Shown: positions 22,852 through 33,588 of the stretch, piece by piece | How positions within the stretch are numbered: the stretch's first letter is position 1 | Layout: each line of letters opens with the position of its first letter | Notes under the pieces: model-generated | Databases searched by the model: none | Told to the model about the DNA's origin: nothing | What the model saw: only the letters and a program-made list of their open reading frames with translations | Assembly (NCBI GenBank): GCA_025558095.1 | Contig: JAIVFI010000005.1 | Span: forward strand, 496,001 to 560,000 | Source: Hyaloraphidium curvatum SAG 235-1 | Lineage: Eukaryota; Fungi; Monoblepharomycota | DNA: 64,000 nt | Direction of reading: 5' to 3' | Program-made: the position numbers and the translations under genes

Positions 22852-23200
22852 ATGCTGAGCCGGGTTCCGCGATTGGCCGTGTTGCGGGCCGCGGCGCCCC
22901 GGGCGCCCGTGTCCGCTTCGCTCGCGGTTCGCTGGGCATCGGACGCGGCGAAGGACGCACCAAAGGAGGCACCAAAGAAGCCGGCACCGGCGGCCAAGAA
23001 AGCGGCTGGGGGGGACGGATCGGATCTTCTGCCGCCCCTGTAAGTCTCGTTGTCCAAGCGAGCGAGATGGATGGTGCTGATGACGGGACAGCGTCAAGGA
23101 CGTCGAGCCCGGCATGCTGGTGTTCGGGCTGCCTCCTAAAGCGGACGACTTCTATTCTAAGCAAGGATGGCATTGGCCAATGGCCGGACAAAAGCACTGA
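22852..23200 (+). CDS. Small (~98 aa) predicted mitochondrial protein, two exons
   Basis: Presequence MLSRVPRLAVLRAAAPRAPVSASLAVRWAS. Intron 23040-23091 (GTAAGT..CAG) gives the in-frame tail LVKDVEPGMLVFGLPPKADDFYSKQGWHWPMAGQKH*. Confidence 0.7.
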
Positions 23201-23364
23201 GGCGGATATTGAGGATGGGGATGCCGCTGTGCCGCATCGCAGCCGCGACAAGCTGAGCGGAGTGTGCCACGACCGGCCCATGACCGGCGCTCGATGTAAA
23301 GGAAGGCGCAAGATGGGCATTTTCTTCACCAGAAGCCTACATCACGCCTGTGCGGGGCAAGCAC

Positions 23365-25748
23365 CTATTGGCGGTGGCTGCCCTTCCTGCTGGGCGAATT
23401 TGGCGGCCGCGGGCTCGCGCGTCCAAGGAAGGACGTCGTCCGCCCCAGTTTCGGCGTCCAGCCGTCGTGCCCATTGCCAGGCCCGTCCGGATGATACGGT
23501 TTGGGCGAGCTGCGCCTGTCGATGCCGATCGTGCCGGCATACGGGTCCATCGGCTTGGCGATCCCCGCGTACCCAGAGTACGGAACTTCGTCACCGACAA
23601 AAGTGCCCGCGCTGTCGTCCGGTCCCGCCTCAATGTCCGCGTTGAGGAGAGAAACCCCCTCCGGTCGCGACGACCTGCGTGCCAGCTCGACCGCGCCATT
23701 CCTCGGGCTAAAGTGCCTCCGTCGAGGCTGCCAGACGACGATGAAGAGCGCGACCAAGCAGACGCCAATCAGGGCAACCGGCACGGCCACAACAGCTGCC
23801 GTTGCAACTCTGCCCAGGGCCTCGCCGGCGTGTCCCGCGGGAGGAACGGTTCCCGCCGCGTAAATGACCATGACGCCGAGCGTCCAGCTGATCTGGAGCC
23901 CGCTGATCTCGTTCACGGACCGCAGTGGCACCATGTCGTCCTTGTCCTCGTCCGCCAAATACTGCTGCGGGATGCCCAAGCCTTCGTGCAGGAAGTTGAC
24001 CAGCCACGCGGCCTTGAAGCACTGGAACTGCAGCTTCTCCACGTCGTGCACGTGCGGGAACTTGCTGCTCCGGAACGCGTCCATGGTGGTGTTCCAGTCT
24101 TGGGCGCAGAAGGTACGGGCGGCGTTGGCGAAGTCCTTGTACGAGTAGTCGCCGCCCAGCTGGAAAACGTTCTCGACCGTGTACCAGTACTCCGAGATGC
24201 CGATAAAGTGCATGTCCGGCCGCCTGCCCGGGGCACCACCGGGAATGTGCACCCCGTTGAAGAGGCAAGGCTCGTCAGGGCACGGCGCCGTCTTGTTGAG
24301 GAGCGGGATGGTGGTGAGCACGCACTGTGCAAAGGAGCCTGTGCCGACGAGGGTGGGGTTGAGTGAAGCGATCGCCGACGGGAGATGTTCGCGGTCCTTC
24401 ATGACCACGCCGTTAGGCAGACAAGGGTCCAGGACAGTCAGCCGATCCTGCGACGACGTGTTCCCTGGCGGAGGTGCCGCCTCCATCTTGCGGAGGACGT
24501 GACCCGTCGCGGCAGCGACCGCGGACGACGGAGAATCCGCCGCAGATTCGTCGTCGGCGCTCGGGCCGTCTTCCGCGCGCCGCTGCAGACGCTGGGTAGA
24601 AGCCGTGGGTGCCACAGTCCGCGAGTTGTGCCTCGAGGCGCGATCCTTCCCTGCCACCTCGCGCGAAATCGCGCTGGCCTGCTTCTGCGCTCGGTCCACC
24701 AGCCAGCCGAGATACCGCCGGCGCGCCTCGTTCATCCCGTACCCGAGGAACGTGGTGGTGTACACCGAGTACTCCAGATCGGCCCCGCCGAGCGTCCGCA
24801 GGTTGACCTGCATCATGTCGTTTGCGTGCACCTTCCGGATGTCGGCGGTGGGCTCAAAAGTGATCTGGGTAGACGCGCCGCCCATGTCCAAAAAGCCGAG
24901 CGTCTCGCCAGACGCGAAGCCGCCCATGAGCTGGTTGATGGCCACCCAGCCGTAAATCCCCTCCCACTCGCCCGAAATGACCTGGATGTGGGCGGCGCAA
25001 TCGGGCAAATGGAATTTGTAGTTTGTCCGGAAGAAGCGGCAGGTCTCGGCCAGCACCGCGTCGCGCTGGCTGGGCGGCAGCAAGCGCATCCCGGCCGTCG
25101 CGTAGAGGAAAACGGGCGTCGTAGACACCTCCGATTCCGGAATCACGGTGAGGGCGTGGTCCATGAGCGGCTTGAGGTACGCCGCAAGTTCCTGCGGTTT
25201 CGGCCCGAACGACGAAATGCCTGGTCGTGTCCGACAGGGACTGTCAGCTCCCCAGAGAGCCTTCGGAATCGCGACGACCCACCCGGCTCCACGCGCTTCT
25301 GCCAATCTTCCCCATCCTCGTCGCCCTTCTCGACCAGCGGGAGCGAATTCCGCGTGAGGTTGCCCACCGTCCCGTGTGCCTCAATCTGGGCCAGCGTCCA
25401 CCGCGTGTCCTTCCACGAGTAAATCTGCAGCCGCGAGCCCGAGCTGCCGGCGTCGATCACGATGCCGTACTTGCGGTGCGCGGCCCACGGCTCCGGCGCG
25501 TCCGGGCCCGAGACCGCGGGCGCTGCTGCTTGGCGCCGCTGAATGCGGGGCAGCATTGCCGGGTCCACCACCAGCGCCAGCCCGACGCCCGCGGCGTACA
25601 GCAGCAGGAATACAGCCGCGAGCAGCGTGCACGTGCGGCGCGCGGCCGCACGGCCCCCGAACCCCCAGTGCTGGAGCACCACCAAGTTGTGCCGGATGAA
25701 GACGGGCCGGTGCGCCTCGCCCACGCCGCAGAGCGGGCAGGCAAACAT
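23365..25748 (-). CDS. YND1: GDA1/CD39 nucleoside phosphatase (Golgi apyrase Ynd1-like)
   Basis: Apyrase regions YGIVIDAGSSGSRLQIY, LYATAGMRLL, ISGEWEGIYGWVAIN, LDMGGASTQI and ISWTLG, plus a C-terminal TM and cytosolic tail. Confidence 0.93.
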
Positions 25749-25889
25749 GCCGTCACGCGCGGCAGCCGCTCATTCGGCGCCGGCGCTCCCGGTCGGGGAA
25801 CTGCGGGCGGGCACAGCCTCGGTGTTGATCGTTCGCACCGCTGCGGCAGACAAGCAAACACTGCGACGTGTCGCAGACGGGAGCGCGAA

Positions 25890-27401
25890 ATGGACAACGA
25901 CACGCTCGTCCGGCTGTTCGAGACCGGCGCGATCGTGTTGTTCCTGGACGCGCCGCTGGGGCTCGAGTTCGGCATCGACTACTCGTCCTGGGAGACGGGC
26001 CCGCGGTTCCGGGGTGCCAAGCTGATCCCACCGGGACTGCACTTTGTGTATTACAGGTGGGCCAGAAGAGGCTGCGGCTCGTTTGCCGGGGCTGTCGGTG
26101 ACCTGATCGTGGCGTTCTCGGTGGCCATTCGCTGCTGCGCAGCGCACGGAGCAAGGCGGGCGAGACCGCGGTGCGGACGGGATTCTTTGCGTTCCTCGAG
26201 CCGAAGCAGGTCCGTGAGCCGGAATCGGCTGCTGCCATTGTCACCACTGGGTGCTGATGCCGCGATGTCCGAAGATCGTGGTCAAGCAGTGGAACCCGGA
26301 AACGGAGGATGTGTTCGAGGACAGCGAACTGGATCCGGATCAGGTCGAGCGCTACAAATTCAGTGCGTCTAGCACCGCCATCTCTCCGTCGTGACTTGTT
26401 CTGACAACTGCATGACCAGATATCCGCGAGTTTGAACCGTACCTCGGCCCATACCCCCTCATTCCCGACGAGCCCGGGGCGCCCAACATGTACCACCGCT
26501 GGCTGGTACAGACGAGCTACATCAGCAAAGATGCGCTCAAGCGGATCCTGCCGCCGTCGGGCAAGGTCTCGGGCATGACGTCTACTTCGCTCCTGTCCGA
26601 GGTGCCGGAACCGAGAGCACGGGCAGCGGGCAAGGGCAAGGGCCCGCCACCCCAGGCGGCGGACGCCGCCAACGAGTCGCTGCGGATCAATTTCACCCCT
26701 TTTGACCTGCGCATGTCGTTTCCGCCGACGGCGAACGGGCCGGAACGGACAAAGTACAGCCTGGACAAGAGCTGGCTGCTGGAGCAGCTCATCCGGACCG
26801 AGTACGAAGGTGGGCCGTCGTCCACGTTGCTTCCTGGATCGCATTGCCTGAGAGCGTTGCCAGGCGACTACAGGCTCCTGCTCGCCGAGCTGCAGCTCTC
26901 CTTCCTCGTCTTCCTCATCGGCCAGGTCTTTGACGGCCTGGAGCAGTGGAAGAAGCTCATCGGCCTGCTGTGCCAGTGCGACGAGGCCCTGGCTCGCTAC
27001 GGTGCCACCCTGTTTGCCGAGTTTGCCGGGGTGCTGCTGAACCAGCTCGAGGACGTGCCCGAGGACTTTTTCATCGATGCGCTGTCTGGGGACAACTTCC
27101 TGGGCCATATGCTCAAGGTGGGCTTCCCGTTTCCCGGTAGAGGCTCCGGTTGACGCCGAGTCCGCCCCAGAACTTTGTCCTCCTTCAACGGGACGCCGAC
27201 ATCCCCCTGCCGGCCGTGCTGCGCAGCCGCACCGACGCCCTGCTCGACCACCTCCGGGACAAGCACCGTTGGGACCTGCGCGGGGAGCTGGCGGACCTGA
27301 TACCCGAGGACGACATCTCCGAGACGGGCGAATACTACGGGGACGGGGACGCACCGGAGCCGGAAGTGGTGGAGCTGGACCCGGAGGACGAAGAGCAGTG
27401 A
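25890..27401 (+). CDS. AAR2: U5 snRNP assembly factor Aar2, multi-exon
   Basis: EFGIDYSSWETGPRFRGAKLIPPGLHFVYY, LGPYP, TKYSLDKSWLL, LLAELQLSFLVFLIGQVFDGLEQWK and DVPEDFFID..SGDNFL. Confidence 0.93.
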
Positions 27402-27528
27402 ATGCGCGGAGACGCCGACCGTGCTGTTAGCTATTCCCATGCTGCATCCCATACCCGAAGAAACCCGCAAGCTCTCTGCCTTTGTACAGATCGAAAGAAG
27501 AAGCCGAAGATGAAGATGATTCCCCCGC

Positions 27529-30500
27529 TCAGTCGCTCTGCGCAGCCACCGCCTTGCCGTTGGTCTTGGGCGGCGCCCTCTCCTCCACCTCGAACTCGGG
27601 CGACAGCGGGTTGGTCGGCGTCGCGACGTGGAACGACGAGTGCGGCGTGCCGGCACCCCATGGCAGGTGCAGCGCGCCGATCCCCGCCACCGAGTCGATC
27701 GGGAAGCCGAGGTCCATCACGCTCGAGTTCTTGCCGAGCCCGCTGGGCGGGCTGGCCGGGTCGAACAGGCCCATGTGGTCGTGTGCCCCGCGGCCTTGGA
27801 ATCCGGCGTTGCTGCCCCTGTGCGCCGGGGCGGCGGGCAGATCGGGCGACGGCGGCCGCATGCCCGCGGCGCCGGCGAGGATGCCGAACTCCTCGTCGTC
27901 CTCGGCGCGGAACGCGTGCCCGAGCTCCACGGCGAACTGCTTCTCGCCCGCCACCGCCTCGTCGAACTCCTTGTCCAGGCCGTTGGCGCGCATGAGGTGC
28001 TCGAGGGCCTCGAGGTAGCGCCCCGCCAGGGACCAGAACCGCGTCATGCGGCGCAGGCCCAGCACGTGGGCCTTGATGTAGCGGCGCGCGCGCGCGCCGA
28101 CGTCGCCCGAGACCGCGGTCGGGCCGGCGTTGTTGGTGTCGTACGGGTAGACGGCGTTGATGATGTGCACGACGCCCGTGTGGAACATGGAGTAGGCCGC
28201 GAAGCCCGAGAAGCGGTTCAGGAACGGGTTGGGCACGATGACCTCCTCGAGGATCTTGCCCACGCGCTCGGCCGAGGTGGTGCACACGTCGCGCGAGATG
28301 GGCGTCGGCCAGACCGGGTTGTTGGGCGGCAGCTGCGGCTCGGGGATGTGCGGGTGGCCGGGCTCGTCCGGGTGGTGGTAGATGCTGGCGATGGGCCCGT
28401 TGGGCGGGTCGTTGTGCGTCGCCGCGCCGATCTCGGACTGCGGGATGGGCAGGGGCCCGTAGGGGAAGGGGAACGAGGGCCGGTGCAGGATCACGAGCAC
28501 GGCGTGGTACGTGATGTGCAGGTAGCCCCCCATCCACATGTGCTGGTTGTAGGGGAAGCCCGACAGGTGCGGGTGCGTGAGCTCCGGGGGCAGGGAGCGG
28601 TACCAGTTCCTCAGGCTGGCGTCGAGGATGGCGAGCTCCGAGTCGATCATGGAGTTGTTGCCCGAGCGCGCCACGTGGTAGCCCAGGCCCATGCCGGTGC
28701 CCATGCCCTGCAGAGCGCCCGCGACGGCGCGGTTGTTGCTGCGGCGGGCCTGGTTGGCGTACCGCAGCACCTTGCCGAGGATGTCGATCAGCACCACGTT
28801 GAGCGCGTTGTGGCCCAGCGGCGGCGATCCCGGCGGCGGCGGCGTGTAGGGGAGCGTGTTGGTGAAGGGGATCCGCGGCAGGCGCGAGTTGGAAAAGAGG
28901 CCCGACCCGTCGTCGTCGACAAAGGACGAGTGCGTGTGCTCCCAGATGGTCTCGTCCGCCGGCAGCGACAGCAGGCAGTCCCGCTCGTCGATCGTGAAGG
29001 GGCGGTCCGCGCCGGCCGAGATGCAGCGGTCCTGTGTCGCAGAACGAGCGATCAGCGAGGCGAGGAGAAGCGGGTGAGGGGTTACCAACCATGTTGAAGC
29101 AGCTCCACCAGATCCTCCGCCTCGTCTCGCGGTCGATCCACCCCAGAGGCTTGTCCACCATCGGCAGGTCCTCGTAATCGATGTTCATCTTCATCTCCTG
29201 CGCCATCCTGATTGCCATTCCTGGATAGGGGGAAGATCATGATCAGTGATCCGTCGAAGGCGGCGAGGCGCCGGCGAATGACGTACCGGTGTACATCCAA
29301 CCCAGGCTGCCCTTCCCGCTCCCCGCGGCGCCGAGCGCCAGCAGCAGCAGCGCCTGCACGGTCGGCACGCTGGGCTCGTCCATTGCGTTCTGGAGGAGCT
29401 TCTTGGCGCGGTTGAAGAAGGGGTCGCCGGCCGCGTACGGGCGGCGCGGGTCGGTGTAGATCAGGGGGTCGTTGGAGAAGCGCGCGGACATGGTGTAGAT
29501 GGCGTTGAGGAGCAGGGGCGGGTGCTGGTTGGTCGGGATCAGGTTCTCAAGGAAGCTCGAGCTGCAACGGCGGGGAACGGCAGATCAGCAGCCGATCGTC
29601 GTGCGGGCAAGCCGCGCAACGCGTGTCCGAACTACCCACCGGTGGATGATGGGCATCAGCGGGTACACGTGCGAGAAAAAGAGGGTGATGAGCGGCATGA
29701 TGACCTCGTTCTCGCCGTAGGGCGGCTCCCTGGCCGACGAGCCGACCTCGGAACCAGCCGAGTGCACCGACACCGAGTCGGAGAAGCTCTGCCTGGGCGC
29801 GTGGTGCGCGGCGACCTGGGCCAGCGCGGTGGCGGCCGGCTGGGCGCGCGGCGAGTGCAGCTGCAGGCCGCCGTCCGGGTAGAGCACGCCTCCGTTGGCG
29901 TGGACCGCGGGCTCGTCGCCGTCCGCGTAGCCGCCGTCGTCCGAGCCCGACTCTGAGCCCGAGCCGTAGCCGTCGTCGCGGTCCTGCGAGTCCGAGGCGG
30001 CGTCGTCGCTCTCCTCGGCGTACGAGAAGCCCGCGGCCGAGGCCGAGGCCTGGCGCCTGCGGTCCGAGCCGGCGTTGCTGGGCGTGCCCGAGTCGATGCG
30101 GGCAAACAGCAGCGGGTTTGCGACGCCGGGCGAGATGGTGCCGGGCGGTGCGGCGTGGCGCGAGCCGGCTGCAGCGGCGGTAGCGAGGCGGCCGGGCTTG
30201 CGGGCTGGTTGGCGGCCGCGTGCAGCCGCGCGAGCGCCGTTGCCGGCGGCCAGGGCGGCCTGCATGCCCAGCGCGGCGGCCGCGGCCGAGGCGGCGGAGG
30301 GTGCGGGCGACGGGGCCAGCGGGAGCGCGGGCGAGGGGGCGTGCCCGGCTCCCCCCCTGCCCCGTCCCCTGCCCCTGCCCCGCGGCGCCCTGCCCCGCGG
30401 CTCGCCCGTCTCAGCGGCCAGCCCGCCCAGGCCGGCCAGCGCCGACAGCGCGGGCAGCGCGGCCAGCTCGCCGACGGCGCCGGGCACGTGGTTGGACAGC

Positions 30501-30760
30501 AGCGACTCCATCATGGAGAGCCGCTTCTCGAGCGACTCGATGTAGCCGACGCGCGGCCCGCGCTTCTTCGTGCTCGGCGTGTACGCGCACTCGGCCTTGG
30601 CGTGCACGCAGTGGCCGCACGGCGCGGCCCCGTCGCACTTGATCTTCTTGCGGTGGCACGCGTCGCACGCCTTGGTCGACCGCTTGCGCTTCTCCGCTCG
30701 GCCCGCGCCGGGCGTGCCCTCGCGCGACCCCACGCTCTCGGTGTCGACCGCGCTGCTCAT
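27529..30760 (-). CDS. Zn(II)2Cys6 fungal transcription factor with Fungal_trans domain
   Basis: ACDACHRKKIKCDGAAPCGHCVHAKAECAY..KKRGP, then LFFSHVYPLMPIIHR, TVQALLLLA, GWMYTGMAIRMAQEM and RETRRRIWWSCF. Confidence 0.95.
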
Positions 30761-31231
30761 CGCCGCGGCGGCGGGGGGGAACCGTGGGGGACCGGTGGGC
30801 GAGTGATTGTCCCAAGCAGCCGGCATGCAAAAGAGCCGACGAGCCGAAGATCGGCCCGCAACACGGCCAGACCCCATTACCCCATTCATGTCTCGGGCAC
30901 CGTCAGATTAATTCCAATACATCCTCATTGATGCCATGAAAGCGCATCCGGCCATGTCGCTCCCTCCCCCGCGTCCCAGCCCGGGCTTCTGCCTCCTCTT
31001 CGCGGAAACTTCGCAACCGGGGAGAGTTAAGCGTCAAGACGCCCAGGAATGGGATGCCATGCTCAATCTTCGACATCTCGGAATATTCTTGTGGTCTTCC
31101 CTCTTTCTGATCTGCTCTTGCTTGACTCAAAGGTTGGCAGGGCCTCCGTTCGGGCCGCACAGCCACACTGAACTTCCACGCCGTTAAAACCTGTAACTGC
31201 AGCTCGCCTGGACCCCGCAACCGCCGAAACG

Positions 31232-32329
31232 ATGCTGGCCACCGCCGAGTCTCCCCTCGCCCCCCCGATCCTGACCTCGGCCGGCGGCGCCACCTCCTTC
31301 CCGGCCCCCACCCGGGCGCTCCCTGCCTCCTGGTTCACGAGCGAGGAGATTTACCAGCTCGAGCGGCGGGCCATCTTTTCCCGCGCGTGGCTTGCCGTAT
31401 GTCACCTCTCGCGGCTCGAGACGGGCGTGCCGTACGAGGACGAAATGGCCAACTACCCCTTCACCGTGCTGCTGGCGGAGGACGGCACGGTCACGGCCTA
31501 CCGGGGCCACGGCATGCCCGAGGACAAGAGGGAAAAGGTCCACGTGTACTGCACAAAGCCGGGCGATTTCGTGTTCGTCAACTTGGACGCTGCGCCGGAG
31601 CCCGTGCCCTTCTCGGAGTTCTTCCCCGGCATGGAGAAGGTGCTCGGCGAGTTTGACTTTACCGGTTTCAAGTACCACACGCGCTACGAATGGCTTGGCG
31701 AGTTCAACTACAAGACGTTTGTCGATGGCTTCCAGGTACAGTACAGTTACTCGTGCGCCCTCGCCGCAAGTCGTTGATCCCCTCCCGCTGCACAGGAATG
31801 TTATCATTGCGCGATTGCCCACCCCGGCCTCGCCAAGGACTACCAGATGGATTCGTACAGCGTGGCCTCGTTCCAGGGCTGGTCGCGGCACTCTGTCGCG
31901 CGCAAGGACTCTTCCTGCCGCCCCCGGTCCGCCGAAGGCCCGTCCAGCGGCGACGCCGACGGAGCGTGGCTCTGGCTCTTCCCCAACCTCGCCATCAACA
32001 TCTACAGCGCCTCCATCTCGATCCAGCGGCTGATCCCGCTCTCGGCCGTGCGCACGCGGATGGACATCTCGTTCTACCGCCGGCACGGCGTCACGGACGC
32101 CGAGGTCGACGCCTACGTGGAGTTCGCCAAGGTCGTGGACCGCGAGGACTTTGACCTAGTCGCGGGGGCACAGACCAACCTGAATCGCGGGGTGTACGGG
32201 TCGGGATTGCTGCACCCTTCGAGGGAGGCGGGGGTGATCTACTACCAGGGCGAGATACGGAGGATGATGGAGGCGCATGCGAGGGCGGAAAAGGCGGAGG
32301 GGAGGGAGATCTGGCCCGCGGGCCGGTGA
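31232..32329 (+). CDS. Ring-hydroxylating/choline monooxygenase-like alpha subunit lacking the Rieske [2Fe-2S] motif
   Basis: LPASWFTSEEIYQLERRAIFSRAW, FVFVNLD, NYKTFVDGFQ|ECYHCAIAHP (intron 31736-31795), WLFPNLAIN and EDFDLVAGAQTNLNRGVYGSGLLHP. Confidence 0.85.
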
Positions 32330-32363
32330 TCTACTACCAGGGCGAGATCCGGAGGATGATGGA
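32233..32363 (+). repeat. Direct repeat of 39 nt (38/39 identical) at 32233-32271 and 32325-32363
   Basis: GGTGATCTACTACCAGGGCGAGAT(A/C)CGGAGGATGATGGA occurs twice, 92 nt apart. The second copy supplies the oxygenase TGA stop. Confidence 0.9.
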
Positions 32364-32624
32364 CTTGGAAAGAGGAAGGGAGGGGGGAAGGGAAGAAGGA
32401 CGAGATCGGGCCCATCTATCGCCGCTACGCGGCATGCATATGTATCGCTGTATTGCCTAAATTGGAGACCGAGCACGAAGCTCTGACGTGCTTTGGGCGT
32501 TTCCCGTCTTCGGGTCCACTCGGGCGGCTTCTGTGCATGGGAGGATCCGTCCCCCATTGCCACCTCGTCTTCCCCCTCCGGCACGGCCACAAAAGCCCAT
32601 TCTCTCTTCTCGGCCTCCCGAACG

Positions 32625-33536
32625 ATGCCACACAAAGCAGCGGCCCACAGCGGTGCGCTGCCGGACCTCAAGGTCGCACAGACGGCGCGCGGTCCCGTCG
32701 AGTTCTGCGAGGCCGGCTCGGGTCCCCCGCTCCTTTTCGTGCACGGCGCACCAGGCGGCGCGGACCAGGGCATGCTCATGGGCAAATTCCTCGCCGATGC
32801 GGGGTTCCGCGTCGTCGCCGTGTCGCGGCCGGGCTACTTGGGGACGCCGCTGTCCGAAGCGAACGCGCTGCCCTCGCAGCAGGCCGACCTCTGGGCCGCG
32901 CTGATGGATGCTCTGGATATCGAGGCAGCCGCGGTGGTTTGCTGGTCGGGAGGGGCACCGTCGAGCTATAGGCTCGCTGTGCAGCACCCTCAGAAGGTCA
33001 AGGCAATAGCCGTGCTTGCTGGGGTCAGCAGAGCCTACTCATGGAAGGGAACTCTGGACGAGAAGCTGCTCAGCTCCGCCGTCGGGCAAGGGCTCATCGG
33101 CCTGCTTGCTAAGGTGGCGCCGAACTCGTTGATCGAGAGCACGCTCGCGGCGCAGGGAGACCTGCCCAAGAAGGAGCTCCACGAGCTCGCAAAGCACGTC
33201 GAGTCGGACCCGGCCAAACGCGAGTTCGTCCTCCAGCTCGCGCGGACGGTGGTGAACCGCAAGGTTGGGCTGGCCAACGACCAGAAGCGGTTCCCCGAGA
33301 TCGGTGACCTTGAGCTGGACAAGATCGCGGCCCCCGTGCTGCTCGTCCACGGCGATCGCGACATTGATGTGGACATCAGCTACAGCAGGTTCGCAGCAGA
33401 GAAGATCCCGGGGGCCAGGCTCGAGGTGGTGCCCCACGGCACGCACATTGCCGTGTTTACCGATCCCAACAGCGCCTCGATCCAAAAGATCATTGTTGAT
33501 TTCCTGGGACTGCACGTGCAGCAGAAGATATTGTAG
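32625..33536 (+). CDS. Alpha/beta-fold hydrolase, intronless, bacterial-like
   Basis: LLFVHGAPGGADQ, VAVSRPGYLGTP, nucleophile elbow CWSGGAP, LLVHGDRDIDV and HGTH. Confidence 0.88.
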   Translation: MPHKAAAHSGALPDLKVAQTARGPVEFCEAGSGPPLLFVHGAPGGADQGMLMGKFLADAGFRVVAVSRPGYLGTPLSEANALPSQQADLWAALMDALDIEAAAVVCWSGGAPSSYRLAVQHPQKVKAIAVLAGVSRAYSWKGTLDEKLLSSAVGQGLIGLLAKVAPNSLIESTLAAQGDLPKKELHELAKHVESDPAKREFVLQLARTVVNRKVGLANDQKRFPEIGDLELDKIAAPVLLVHGDRDIDVDISYSRFAAEKIPGARLEVVPHGTHIAVFTDPNSASIQKIIVDFLGLHVQQKIL

Positions 33537-33588
33537 ATGCAACATTGTGTGTAGAGCAGCGTGGAGATTGAAGGCATGCACGGAGCAT

